Under the pieces are notes generated by a model that had not been told where the DNA came from, made no database searches, and saw nothing but the letters and a program-made list of their open reading frames with translations. A stretch of DNA of 63,778 nucleotides, the filler included, from Reticulomyxa filosa (taxonomy: Eukaryota; Protista; Foraminifera): assembly GCA_000512085.1 (NCBI GenBank). It is 27 parts of 27 records of this genome, joined end to end, with 100 filler letters (N's around TTAATTAATTAA, not from the genome) between each part and the next. Parts side by side here need not be neighbours in the genome. Positions count along the whole stretch, not along the records: positions 1 to 1,918 come from ASPP01009953.1; positions 2,019 to 6,067 come from ASPP01006033.1; positions 6,168 to 7,510 come from ASPP01013432.1; positions 7,611 to 11,511 come from ASPP01007656.1; positions 11,612 to 13,393 come from ASPP01043448.1; 22 more parts are not named here. One strand, given 5' to 3'. The translations under genes were made by a program, and so were the position numbers. Positions 1-12,491 of the stretch are shown here, piece after piece. How positions within the stretch are numbered: position 1 is the first letter of the stretch; the number at the start of each line of letters is the position of its first letter.

Positions 1-872
1 AAAAATGTTTTGTTCAATTTGCTCTTTATCATCAACTTGGCATTTTCTGCAGCATTTTTTGTGAAATATAACATACTTCAACTAATACAGCCAACATTGT
101 AAGAAAATTTCTCAATTAAAAAAAATTGTCTATAAAGCAGTTTACTGTAGTATCTAGCAATAAATAGATGAATTACTTCTTTTTTGAAAATTGCTACGTT
201 AACATTTTGAGAAATGCTTGCCAGAACCTTATATCAATATATTCCTTGATTTGTTAAACTCTTTTCAACTGTATCTAGTCAATTGAATGGATTAGATAAT
301 GAGCAAGCGACCATCGCGAATTTAATTACACAAAAATCATTAACCAGTGATCATGTTTTATGAAGTATATTAAAAGATAACATAGATCAAACAAGTGCTC
401 GCAGTAGCGAAAGGGAATTGCTCCCCAAGAAATAAGCAACAAATAGAAAAACAAACAAAAATCAAACAAGATGGAAAAAACATGACGATTTATCTGGTTT
501 GGTTTCATATATCAACAAACAGTCAAAGACCATCCAAAAAAAAAATATATGCGATAACAATAATGAAAATGAAACAACACACGCATACAAATTCATGTAC
601 AAATGTTTTTTCCTCCTTTTTTACTGTCAGAGGCAATGAGCACTGGGGGAGCCACATTAAACACTCGTAACAAAAGAAAATGATGTTACATAGTGAGCGC
701 AATGGTTATTGCTTTTTGATCTCTTGAGCTGTCGTGAAAAGGGAAGCTTGTGTCACACGACTGGTCCCCTCTAATGTGATGCGTGAAATCGTTAAAATGC
801 AAAAAAAAAAAGTCTTGAAACAGTGACAAAAAAAAAGGAGAAGAAAAAGTGGCAAAGAAAAAAATAAGTAAA

Positions 873-1537
873 TTAACTAAATAGCTTGTTTGCTTGCTTG
901 ATGCTGTTTGATTGAGGAGAAGTGTGCGATGGTAACAAATCCTCTCCAACGTCGATTGTAGAACTGCCTCCCGTTTTTAGTTTGGAGTGAAGCAATTGTT
1001 GAGGAATTTGAATGACCGGCGCAGTGGTGGCTTTTTGCTGAGCCATCTGTTCAAAGTCGGTTGGCCACTCATACTTATGCTCCTCATCCAAACGACTCCA
1101 ATCGACGACACATCGAAAATACTCAGTCGATTCCAAAAAGTCGTATAGATTTCTTTCCAAATATCCATGCACTATACGTTGAATTCCGTCGAACATTGAC
1201 TGCGATGTCTCCTTTGAATTTAATATACGCTTTATTTCCTCTCCTTGCTCTCTTTTTTTATTTTAAAACATATTTGGCAAAGGTTTCTCTGTATCGATTG
1301 ATTCACTTCAAAAACATAATATATACATAAAAACAGATAAAAATCAAATCCAATAACAACAATAAAGTAACCTTCTGATTTCGCTTAAACCACGAGTGGC
1401 TCCATCTTTGATATATTTGGAGTATATATCCTCCGCTACCTGGTGTCGTTTGCTTGGCGTTTTTTTGTGCCATGTTGTTGAAAAGGTGTGCCATTCGTGC
1501 CAAAAATACCAAAACTCGTCACAATGTTTCGATTGCT
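873..1537 (-). CDS. RGS (regulator of G-protein signalling) domain protein, 3' exons, 5'-partial
   Basis: Exons ~1373-1537 (HCDEFWYFWHEW...VAEDIYSKYIKDGATRGL) and ~873-1250 (EEIKRIL...SMFDGIQRIVHGYLERNLYDFLESTEY) match the RGS pattern FW...A..IY..yI..ga...FD..q..v...le...y..Fl.S..Y. Confidence 0.75.
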
Positions 1538-1876
1538 TATTTTTTTTTTTTTTGTGGTTCGTTGTTTGTTTTGTATTTTTTCAGCTTCATCTCTTTTTTG
1601 CTCTTCTCTTCTTTCCCGTCCCACTCTACTTTTTTTCCCACTCTCTTTTTTAAATGTACATATACATAAATATAAAGGAGTTGAGAAACAAACGGAACAA
1701 TTTTAGTCTCACCAAAAATTTCAAATAAGCTAATGTTCGCATTGTCATTATTAGTATTTCGGAAGTTGTTGTTTTTTTTTTTTGACATAGACGCATGCGC
1801 CCACAATACAGTTAAGCAATAAGCATAGACCACAATATGCAGCATTTACACATACAAAATATTGAATATGATTGAC

Positions 1877-1918
<42 letters not shown>

Positions 1919-2018
1919 NNNNNNNNNNNNNNNNNNNNNNNNNNNNNNNNNNNNNNNNNNNNTTAATTAATTAANNNNNNNNNNNNNNNNNNNNNNNNNN
2001 NNNNNNNNNNNNNNNNNN
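1919..2018. other. Artificial contig-joining spacer (first of 26 identical spacers)
   Basis: N44-TTAATTAATTAA-N44, which has stops in all six frames, recurs identically (e.g. 6068, 7511, 11512 ... 62635). Confidence 0.98.
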
Positions 2019-3529
2019 CGTTCTATCCTTTTGAGATCAGTTGTTATTGTTGTAGGAAATTTATTTTTTTATTGTCACCTTTTTTTTTTGTACGCTTTTT
2101 TTATGATTACGCACGTTGATGTGTAATTTTTCGTGTTTGCATTGTCGTACGTTTTTCACTATTTTGTTATTTTCTTTCTCCCCCTTGCTTGTTGACACGA
2201 ATGCTTTCGAATAGAAAATGGTGTGGACATTCTCCATATAGCAACCTATTTCGTTTTTCTCAAAATATGCTGTAATTCGTTTATATTGAAAATTTTTGCT
2301 TTTAATTGAAAACAATTATGTGTACCACGGCGCTCAGCTTTTGACTTTTACTCGAGTAACTCGCAAAGCACTTATCTTTGCACTAGTAGACCAAAGAAAA
2401 AAAAAGATTAGCACAACATAATGCTCGGTATTCGTTTTTTCATTTATCATATGATTCTGCACACCTTTTTGAACGTTGATGGTCTTCAAACAATTGTTTT
2501 CAACTTTAAAAATATTTCATAGCCTTCATTCACAAAGATTATGCTTGGCTAGACAAACGAATTTTTGTTTATAGACTTACATTATCAAAAGAATATTACT
2601 CCATTTTAAAACAACTCGCCTTGACGTTTCTACAAAATAATTTTAACCGAGGCTGTAATAACCAAGCCGTGTAGAATAGCACCCAACTGTTACTCTGATT
2701 TTTGGGCAAAATTAAATAAGAAGCAATATGCTTTGTCGATACATAATTGTTTCGACGTGGTGTGCCAGTCTTCTATAGTATAAATTTGTAATAAAGTACA
2801 TGAATATCCATGCATATAAGAAAAAATTTTATTCGCAAGTATCAAAGCCCAAAATGGCATATTGAGTTATGAAGAACAACATAAGTTGTTGATTTCTTTT
2901 AAAATTGTAGTCAAACTACAAATATGCGATAACTTGCATTGATAATTGCTGAATTGTTCTACCAAGGATGTTCAATTTCAAAAATCCAATTGTAAACCAA
3001 CTGGTGGCAAAAAAAATAATGAACCCCATATGTACAAACGTTTTAGACAAAAACGAAAAAAGGATACAAAAAGTCAGTAAATAAAAATAAGAATGGATAA
3101 TCTTTATTAAAATAGCTTTGAGTATTACTCATTTTAATACCATTGTAGAACAATCTCAGCTCAGACAGTCACTCTGAAATTCTGTCTTAAAAATGTTAGT
3201 AGTTCATTTTAGGGGGAGAAGAAACTGTACGTATTTTATAAAATTCCCATTCGCATTTTTGCAAAAAAAAACGAGTTCGGTATGAAATTGTACTGAAGTC
3301 CTTTGATAACCAAAGGCCAACACAAAAGGTAATTAAAAAAAAAGGCAGTTAGAAAGTCCAGAGAAGAAAAATTGTAAAACACCCTGACTGAAGAAGAAAC
3401 AAATCACATTCGTTGCTTCCCTTGTTTTGCGGGCATTCAAACAAGCCGCTCCTCATAGCTGATAGTTATCTTGAAAAAAGATTTAAAAACATCAAAACAA
3501 CTTTGTTCAAAAAGGTCTTTTCGTGGTTC

Positions 3530-4194
<665 letters not shown>

Positions 4195-4737
4195 TTTAAT
4201 TTAAATACTTTCAAATTATGTTGCTTACTCAAAATACAAATACAAAGTTCGAACAATAACAACCAGTTGAGAAAAGATTTTGAATAAACAAACTAAAGGA
4301 GTTAGTTTTTTTGGAGTTGAGAAAAGTCACCACAAAAAGCTTTGGCATTTTTTCCAAAATGTCCCTGATCTTACTGCTTTTCTGTTTTTTATTTTAAAAA
4401 GGTATTTATTTGCTATTTTAAGTCCGCTTTATAAGATGCTTGTATGTTGTAAGTATTCTTTAACCTTTTCAAATTGTCTTAGTCTCTTTTGTTTTAAATT
4501 CAAAGGCTTATTGAAAAAAAAATAGATTAGTAAGAATGTTGTTTTGATTGAGCGTGTGGAACACCAGTGGAATTCAACCCACCAAAAAAAAAAATTTGGG
4601 AAAATAGATCATAGTGTTGCCAAAGCGTATATTTTAGGCATAATAAAGCTGTCAAGAGTCAGAAGAGAATTGAATAGGCTTGCATTGAAAAATTTGTTTT
4701 GTAAACAAAAGACAATGCCAAAATTGTTTTTGTCAGT

Positions 4738-5942
4738 TTAATCTCTTTCGAATATTCCTGCTGCTCCCATTCCAGAACCAATACACATTGAAACAATCTA
4801 TTGAAAGTGCACAAAGACAAGGGAGAGAAAGAACGAATGTTCGGTCCGTATTGAAATTTTGTTTAATTTCTTCCCCCCCTCCTTAAAGAGGAGTTGGTCA
4901 AAGAGTGTCATGGGAATTAAAAAAGGAATATATTTAAAAAAAAAGAATTTAACTCCTCGTTTGGCACCAATTCGTTCCAATTCTTTCAACAATGTAACAG
5001 TCATTCTGGTTCCCGTCATTCCCAAGGGATGTCCGAAAGCAATGGCACCTCCATTGACATTAACTTTGTCCCAAGATAAGCCCAATTTTTTGACACAATA
5101 GGCGCATTGACTAGCAAAAGCCTCATTGATTTCAAACAGATCAATATCATTCAAAGTCAATCCGGCCATTTCGACGACTTTGGGAATGGCATACGCAGGT
5201 CCAATTCCCATGAGAGCAGGATCGACACCGCTGACCGCATAATGAGTGAATTTCCCCAAGATTTTCAAGCCCAGTTTGTTGGCCAAAGATCGTTTCATTA
5301 GCAAAACTGCGCTCGCGCCATCACTCACTTGACTGCTATTTCCAGCTGTCGTTGATCCTGTTTTCTTGAACACTGGCTTCAGTTTTTGCAATCCTTCCAA
5401 AGTGGTATCTCCACGGACACCATCTCATCTCGCACCACTATCGTTTTCTTTTTTCCTTCGCAGAAAGGGGGGGGGAGGGGGGAAAAAAAAAAGTTCCAAA
5501 TACAATTAAAGTTAAAAAAGTAATATACATTTTTTAAAAAAAAGATTGAGCTTGTATTGGCCCCCTCTCCTCCTCCTCCTCCCTTCTTTCCAACTCGAAT
5601 CTTGCACACAAAAGAGAAGAAGTTGATAACAATAAATAAATTATTCGAAAAAAAAAAAAAAAAAATTAAACCAGTTTTTTCATCGGTGACAGTAGTAGTA
5701 ATGGGCAGAATTTCTTGTCGAAACTTCTCTTTAGCAGCGGCGGCTCGCTGATGAGACATCACAGCGATACGGTCTTGCTCCTCACGGGTGATGCCATGCT
5801 CAGACGCGACATTTTCACTCGTAATACCCATTGGCAGGAAGCAATTCAATGCATCTTCATTTTGCTTCACTTCCTCAGTGACCGAAGGGGCTGCTGCCGA
5901 CATTGAATCAATTGACATTGATTCCAAGCCAGCTGCCACACC
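4738..5942 (-). CDS. 3-ketoacyl-CoA thiolase (peroxisomal type), 5'-partial, with a 1-nt frameshift near 5425
   Basis: Motifs TAGNSSQVSDGA, EINEAFASQ, VNVNGGAIAFGHPLG and last exon IVSMCIGSGMGAAGIFERD*. The frame changes within IVVRD-x-DGVR. Confidence 0.92.
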
Positions 5943-6035
5943 TATGGTTTATTTTTTACACCCCCACATTTTTTTAATTATTTATAAAAAAAAAAAAAAA
6001 AAAAGGTGCCAATCACAGATCCTTCCTTTCTTCCC

Positions 6036-6067
<32 letters not shown>

Positions 6068-6206
6068 NNNNNNNNNNNNNNNNNNNNNNNNNNNNNNNNN
6101 NNNNNNNNNNNTTAATTAATTAANNNNNNNNNNNNNNNNNNNNNNNNNNNNNNNNNNNNNNNNNNNNAAAAAAAAAAAAAAAAAAAAACATTTTTAAAAA
6201 ACTTTG

Positions 6207-6674
6207 TTAACTACCTGTTGAACCCCTGTTCTTCGCATCAAATATTAACACAGATACAAATGATCCTGCAAATAACGTCAGAAATACAGGGATGACTTTG
6301 TCAAAGTAATAGACTGGCAGACACAAGTGCGTGTCATTTTGAGCGAGACGGGCTCTGCGAGTGTAAAACAAATATAAGAAATACTTCCCTAAACAGTAAA
6401 ATATTTCGATTAACACCGGACCTTGTTCACACACTATTACACTCGGGAAGGCAATCCATTGAAGTGCGCTCAATATGCAACAAATGTTGAAACATACATA
6501 CACTCCATACAGAATTATCATCATCACCGTTGCTTGTTTCCATTCTTCATTGTGACTATCTGGCACTTTCCAATACTTCTTGTATGACACATATTGCATC
6601 ACGGGCACTGATAAACAGAGTAGAGTAAACCCTAGCCCTAGTAAAAATCCAACATTATGACTTATACCACCCAT
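6207..6674 (-). CDS. Multi-pass membrane protein (possibly 7TM/GPCR-like), 3'-partial
   Basis: Four hydrophobic segments in ~155 aa. The ORF ends at a probable GT donor near the contig edge. Confidence 0.55.
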   Translation of the reverse strand: MGGISHNVGFLLGLGFTLLCLSVPVMQYVSYKKYWKVPDSHNEEWKQATVMMIILYGVYVCFNICCILSALQWIAFPSVIVCEQGPVLIEIFYCLGKYFLYLFYTRRARLAQNDTHLCLPVYYFDKVIPVFLTLFAGSFVSVLIFDAKNRGSTGS

Positions 6675-6981
6675 CACGTTCAAGGAGAAAATTTTTAGCT
6701 TCCATGGCTTCTATCAAAACTAAAAAAAATTAAAAAATAACAGAGTTGCATTGTATGTACTGGCATTTGTTGTTTCAAGCCAAAAGAAGAAAATTTAAAA
6801 ATTGTACCAGTTCAGAAGAACTACCCACTTTGTTGTGACTGTTTTGCTTATCTTGGCCCATATATTAAGCTATTCATAAATGTTTACATACGTTTTAAAC
6901 ATCTAAACAAAACGTAGTGAAAAAGACAGGGAAAGGCACGGGAAAAAAAAATTGCAGTAAGAAAGAAAGCATATCACTCCG

Positions 6982-7467
6982 ATGACAGCCACACCAAAGA
7001 AGACATCAGCACCGATATTAGGTGTAAAGTCAACGATGAATGACGAATGGCAGATGAATCTGCGGCGATTATTTGAAAGAGGTGTAATTTGTCAGCCTAC
7101 AAGTGAGTTGGTGACAAAGACGTCAATCGGTTATCATCGTATGACATTCAAGAAAATGCAGCAAAGAGCAACCCAAATTGCATCAGCATTAGCAACCGAA
7201 CTGAACATCAAACCTGGAGACCGAATAGGTACGTTGATGTGGAACAACGGTCGCCACATGATTTTGTATTATGCCGTGCCATGCATGGGGGCAGTGCTAC
7301 ATGCATTGAACATGCGCTTGCACCCTACCGAATTGACCTACATCATCCAACACGCGAAAGATCAAGTTATATTTGTCGATGCAAACCTATTGCCGATTTT
7401 GGAACAACTTCCACAAGAAGCGCTTCGATTTGTCAGAAAAATTATTGTTTGTGGACCCAACGAAGCA
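6982..7467 (+). CDS. Fatty-acyl-CoA synthetase (AMP-binding; bacterial FadD/AlkK/DmdB-like), N-terminal exon
   Basis: IKPGDRIGTLMWNNGRHMILYYAVPCMGAVLHALNMRLHPTELTYIIQHAKDQVIFVD. Ends at a GT followed by a poly-T tract. Confidence 0.85.
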
Positions 7468-7610
7468 GTTTTGGTTTTTTGTTTTTTTTTTTTTTTTTTT
7501 TTGGGAGACCNNNNNNNNNNNNNNNNNNNNNNNNNNNNNNNNNNNNNNNNNNNNTTAATTAATTAANNNNNNNNNNNNNNNNNNNNNNNNNNNNNNNNNN
7601 NNNNNNNNNN

Positions 7611-7651
<41 letters not shown>

Positions 7652-7681
7652 TTTCTTATCCTTACCAATTTTTCAAAACAG

Positions 7682-7816
7682 CACCTGGGAACAGTCATCG
7701 GTCCAAACTTGTACGATTTGTTGACTATTCAAAGTCCAATGAAGGCTATGACGTTTCAAAATAAATTAACATCGTTCACCAAAATTGGTATTGAGTGGAG
7801 AATGCAGGTGAAATGA
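7682..7816 (+). CDS. Probable last exon of a RhoGAP-domain protein
   Basis: After a cag acceptor: HLGTVIGPNLYDLLTIQSPMKAMTFQNKLTSFTKIGIEWRMQVK*, resembling the RhoGAP C-terminal NLa.vfgPNl motif. Missed by the ORF track. Confidence 0.5.
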   Translation, partial: HLGTVIGPNLYDLLTIQSPMKAMTFQNKLTSFTKIGIEWRMQVK

Positions 7817-8388
7817 ACAAACAGTATCTTCAATCTCAATTCTTCAAACTTCATACCTGACGACAAATACAATTTTGAATGTATATTGGAGTTATGTGGT
7901 TTCAAGTTATATTATTTTTTTTTTCTTCCCATGTTTTTGGGTCTTCTGTCAAATGTTTTTTTTTTTTTTTGGATCAATTTTTTGTGGTGATTTTTAAACA
8001 CGTAATAACACTAATTCGTGAAGATAATAACGAAAGAAAATATTGCAACTCTTTTCAATCACATCATTTTGTGGCTGTACAGATTATTCATGAAAGCAAT
8101 TTTTACTTATTTCAATGTTTGTACTAAATAAACATATATTTTTATGCAAGACTCAGCAGTATTTTTAAGCTGTTCTCTTTGTGCTTGCAAAGGCTTGAAT
8201 AGAAAATTTCATGTTTCTCATCTGAAGTAAATGGCTGATTTTACGTTGCTTGATGATTCAACGAACCCCTTGAAACGTTCAAAGAAAGAGGAGAAACTAA
8301 AAAAAAAAGTAAGTGAATTTTTAGTTGTAATTAGGTTATAACAAATTTCATTTCTTTCATTTTCAGTTCGATTCCATTTGATTGAACA

Positions 8389-9084
8389 ATGTCTTATCAA
8401 AACGTAAGTATTTACGGTGTTTTGTTGTTGTTTAAAAAGAAAATCAGTTGTTTTGTTATCTTTTGTGTTAGTACGTGGTTGCAGCGCAAAAATTAGGTTT
8501 CTCCAAAGTTACAATTATTGACCGATCGACCTATACCCCTGTTGGTTATACGGCAACCACCGATATTGCCACCGCATGGATGGATGGTGAAACACAGGTG
8601 AGGACAGACCAAAAAACGTAAATTTTTTTTTTATACGTATTTTTTTTGACAAGTCTCCCAAAAAAAATTGTAGGTGAACGAAAACCAAGAATTGTTGGAA
8701 TGGGGACAAAAAGATGGCAAACCAAAAACCACCTTTTGCTTTTATGGCAAACGATTTAACATCTTGCAAAGATTAGAAGATGGCAAAGCAATAGTGTGCC
8801 TAAAAGGAGTTAAGTGAATGAAAATGTTGGAAAACTGTTAATTGTTGCACATTTTTTAAAAAATTGATTTGATTTACCTTAAAATTGGATTGAATGGAAT
8901 ACAGAAAGATATTTTTATTGGCTACCAATTCAAAGCTGTATGGTTCTTGGCTTATGGTGAGGTTGCGTCCCGAAGTGTTGACAAATCTAACCAAGAACAA
9001 GCCGCAGGTTTCAAATCAGCCCCTGATGCCTTCAGTTCCATCATGAAGAATGTCTTTGAATCATTGGACGAAGCTGGCTTGTAA
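8389..9084 (+). CDS. Divergent profilin (151 aa, 4 exons)
   Basis: Exons 8389-8403, 8472-8597, 8674-8808 and 8905-9084, all GT-AG phase 0: MSYQNYVVAAQ...WMDGETQVNENQELL...FCFYGKRFNILQR...VFESLDEAGL*. N-terminus, GxK/RF motif, C-terminal helix and size fit profilin. Confidence 0.75.
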
Positions 9085-10265
9085 TTCAAACAAGTTACCA
9101 CCTTTTCTCGACCACCTAATTGTCCCTTATTCCCCCGCTATCCCATAATTTAAAAGACTTTCACATTTGAGGCTCTTTTTTGTTTTTTTCTTTCGGGTTG
9201 GTCCGGTTGTCAGTGTGCCTTTTGTTGCCGCTTTTTTTTGTTGTGCTTTTTTTTTTGTTTACCCCCGGCCAATCGCGTCATGTTTATGGTGGTGGAAATT
9301 TTTGTTTTATGGGATGTGGTACTGGTTTTGTTGTTGGGGACTTGGATGGTTTTTGAGTTGGTAAATTTTGGATCATGAAAATTCTTTTTCTTTCGTATAC
9401 GTAATGGGACCTGTTGTGCAGCGAATTTTAGGGCAAAAGTATCCCTTTTTTTTTAAATTTCGCTGGTAGTATTAACAATACAATTTTTGAAAATTTAATA
9501 AATTTTTTGAGAGAAAATTAGTGAATAAAGTCTAATTTATTGTTATTTGATTTTTGCAAATAATACTTTTGATATTAAACAACGTCTTTTTAAGATAAAT
9601 TGGCTGAAATAAATTTTCACAAAATCTTGCAAGTGATCCAAATTTTGTTTTGATTTTCACACGAAGATCGGTTTGAAGACAGTGGGTGCTTTCGTTAGCA
9701 AAGTTTTGCAAACACTTTAAACTGTAACTTTAAAAAACGGTGAAATGAATCTTTTCCTTAAAAAAAAATTAATTGTTGTTTTGGTCATTTTCATTGAATG
9801 TTTCCTTGAAAGACGTTATAAACAAAAATTAACAAAAGAGTTATGTCATAATTAAACTTCTGAAAACGAAAATGGAAAAAATATTGGATTTCTAAAAGTT
9901 ATTTGTTGTGTTGTTAGAGTTTGAGTTGTGACAATGATAGTTGTAATAGTTAGTATTGCTTGAAGAATTTGAAGAATTTACATTACGATGTTCAAGTATA
10001 AAAACGGTCCTTCTTAAAAAAAAAACAAAAAAATCTAAATAAATAAATAAAATATACATCATTAACTTGTTAATGGAACAACTAGCAAGATTAAACCAAA
10101 AAATACTTATAACACCATAACACATATCACTACAAATGTGTTATACTTGTCAAAATATATTATAAAGTAAACAAACTACACTTAAACTTTGACTACGATT
10201 AGTCCTCAATACGGACAGCAATTTACACGCTGACATATGGAGATCAGTTCATTTAAGTAAATCTT

Positions 10266-10484
10266 TGTGGGGAGTCTACAGTGAAGAGCTTTACTAAATG
10301 TAATACGAAAGAGTGTTACTCTCAACGAGAGTGACTTTCAGGAAAAAAAAGTAAAGAATAAATCAAAGACAAAATGAGTAAGAGATAAAACAAGTAAGAG
10401 GTAGTTTGTTGAGGATGTTTAACCCAAAGGGAGCTCCTCAGTTCCATAGGCGTTCAGCCATGTGTGATAAGGGCTTGCCCTACA
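10266..10484. mobile_element. Solo LTR (219 bp) with a 4-bp target-site duplication TCTT
   Basis: TGTGGG...CCCTACA ends flanked by TCTT on both sides. Homologous to 38580-38799 (inverted) and 42488-42615. Confidence 0.75.
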
Positions 10485-12269
10485 TCTTGAGTTATCTTTT
10501 TCTTTCTTGCATCATCTAATTAAAAAAATAAGTGGAAATTTATTTAAAAAATGAATTTTTTGAACTTAAAAAAATTGTCATTATTGAAAATATTTCTTTT
10601 GTTTTATTAAAATTTTCTATGATATAATAATTAATTTACTTTTAAAGTAACTAAAAATAATATTTAAAAAATGATCATTGACTATATACATTTATGACAA
10701 AAGTATTGATGAAAAATAATCATTTCTTTCACAATATTTTGAAAATATATAAAATTTTTTTGTTAATTACATGATTGTTTCAAATATAAATTTGATAATT
10801 TTAATATCATATTTATAAAGTTTTATCTTATGAATTTAATTATTGGAATCAAAAATTTCATTTATTTTCATTTAACAATAAAATTGAGAGATAAAGTTTA
10901 AGGAAATAAAACTCTTTTCCTTAACTTCACCGAAAAATATATTTTCAATAGCACTCAGATCGAAAGAAAAGTTTTTGTGTTATGTCATCCAAAGCCAAAT
11001 TGAATAAAAAAATCGCATTTTAAATGAAGAATAACTTTTCAATACAATGCAACACAAAATCTGTTTTATTCCAATTACACAAACCACTTTCTTTAGCTGA
11101 AAAGTTCAGGGTATTGTAATACCAAGAAAATATTTACTAGTTATAAATCGCATTATACGTACTAATCGTCGTCTATAATGCGAAAAATTGGAGTAACGCC
11201 TGCTTTTTTTTTTGCACAACAAGCACAAAAAGAGAACAGATCCACAATTTGTTCTTTAGAGAAATTAGAACTGATATAATATGGTGCACTTTTTTGATGG
11301 TAACAACAATTGAATTAATCGTAACTTTGGACTTATATTATTCATAAACACGATAATTTTTCACCGAATAAAATCATTTATTAAAAATAATTTTTGTTCT
11401 GTTGGAGTATCTTGTTAAAATAGAGAATATTATAATATTTTTAATTGTTCACGTTGATATTTTCATCATCCATTTACGAGCATAAAATTCATAAAACCAA
11501 TAACACAACAANNNNNNNNNNNNNNNNNNNNNNNNNNNNNNNNNNNNNNNNNNNNTTAATTAATTAANNNNNNNNNNNNNNNNNNNNNNNNNNNNNNNNN
11601 NNNNNNNNNNNTCATTAGTTGAACTTATTGAATTGGAAAATGTTTTGTACTTTTGTAGATCTCGTAAATCTAAAAAAAAGGAAAGGAAGACAAAAGCAAA
11701 AAGAAGATATTAAATTGGGCGGCGCCATGATGTTCCTGAGGCGCCGCTTTGTTCCCTTTATTTACTTTGCAAGAACTTTTTTTTATTTGATATTTTATTA
11801 GCACGTGAAAGTTTTACTTTTTTTTTTTGTTGTTTTAACTTTATATTTAGTTTTTTATTTTATTTGATATATTATTCTTAAATATTTCCTTATTAAAGAA
11901 AATTTTTTTTAATATCAAAACATAGCATTGTATACTTTTTTTTAATTTTTTTTTTTTTTTCTTTTTTTTTTGTTTGAGCTGTTTTATTGTAAACTTTCCT
12001 GACGTTGTCGAAAAAACTTTATTTGTCAATTTTTTTAATTTTGTACATTATCACATATTCAGTCTGTTATTTTATATGTTTTGTTTTTTTTCAATCATAT
12101 ATACAATTAAAATAATCACGCAATTCATGCACTTTTCCTTCATTGCTTTCAGTTTGTTTATTTTCTTTGAATCTTTGCAACAAAGTTTCATCCATTAACT
12201 TTTTTTTTTCAAAAATAATAACTCAGTTATAGTGACATATATTCATTTTTTAAAGTATTATTTCCATTT

Positions 12270-12491
12270 ACATTGATGCAACAATCACTTTTCAAAACAT
12301 CACTTGGATATTCACAGATAAACTTGTACTCATTTTCAAAATTATGACAAGAATAACATACTCTTTGACAATAACATCCACCGAGGAGTTCGTGTTTGTA
12401 TAGCACACATTGAACTGTTTAAGTATAGTGTGCAATTCCTTCAAACTTTGAAAGGGACAAGTTTGAAAAGAGTTTTGTTTTGATACTCATG
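12270..12491 (-). pseudogene. Truncated, frameshifted copy of the Kelch-like family seen at 19917
   Basis: FQSLKEL..QCVLYKHELL..GG...CYSCH..ENEYKFICEYPSDV with frameshifts, then decays. Confidence 0.75.

Noticed and set aside
5415-5435. Frameshifts in thiolase (also PNP 43375, Kelch-WD40 21045, paaK 59803) as programmed frameshifting
   Set aside because: No shared slippery motif, and one occurs in the bacterial contig. Sequencing indels are the simplest explanation.
9167-9430. Trp/Phe-rich 65-aa ORF
   Set aside because: T/G-rich low-complexity DNA downstream of the profilin gene; probably spurious.
11148-11183. 10-bp inverted repeat TCGCATTATA/TATAATGCGA
   Set aside because: Isolated hairpin with no supporting context.
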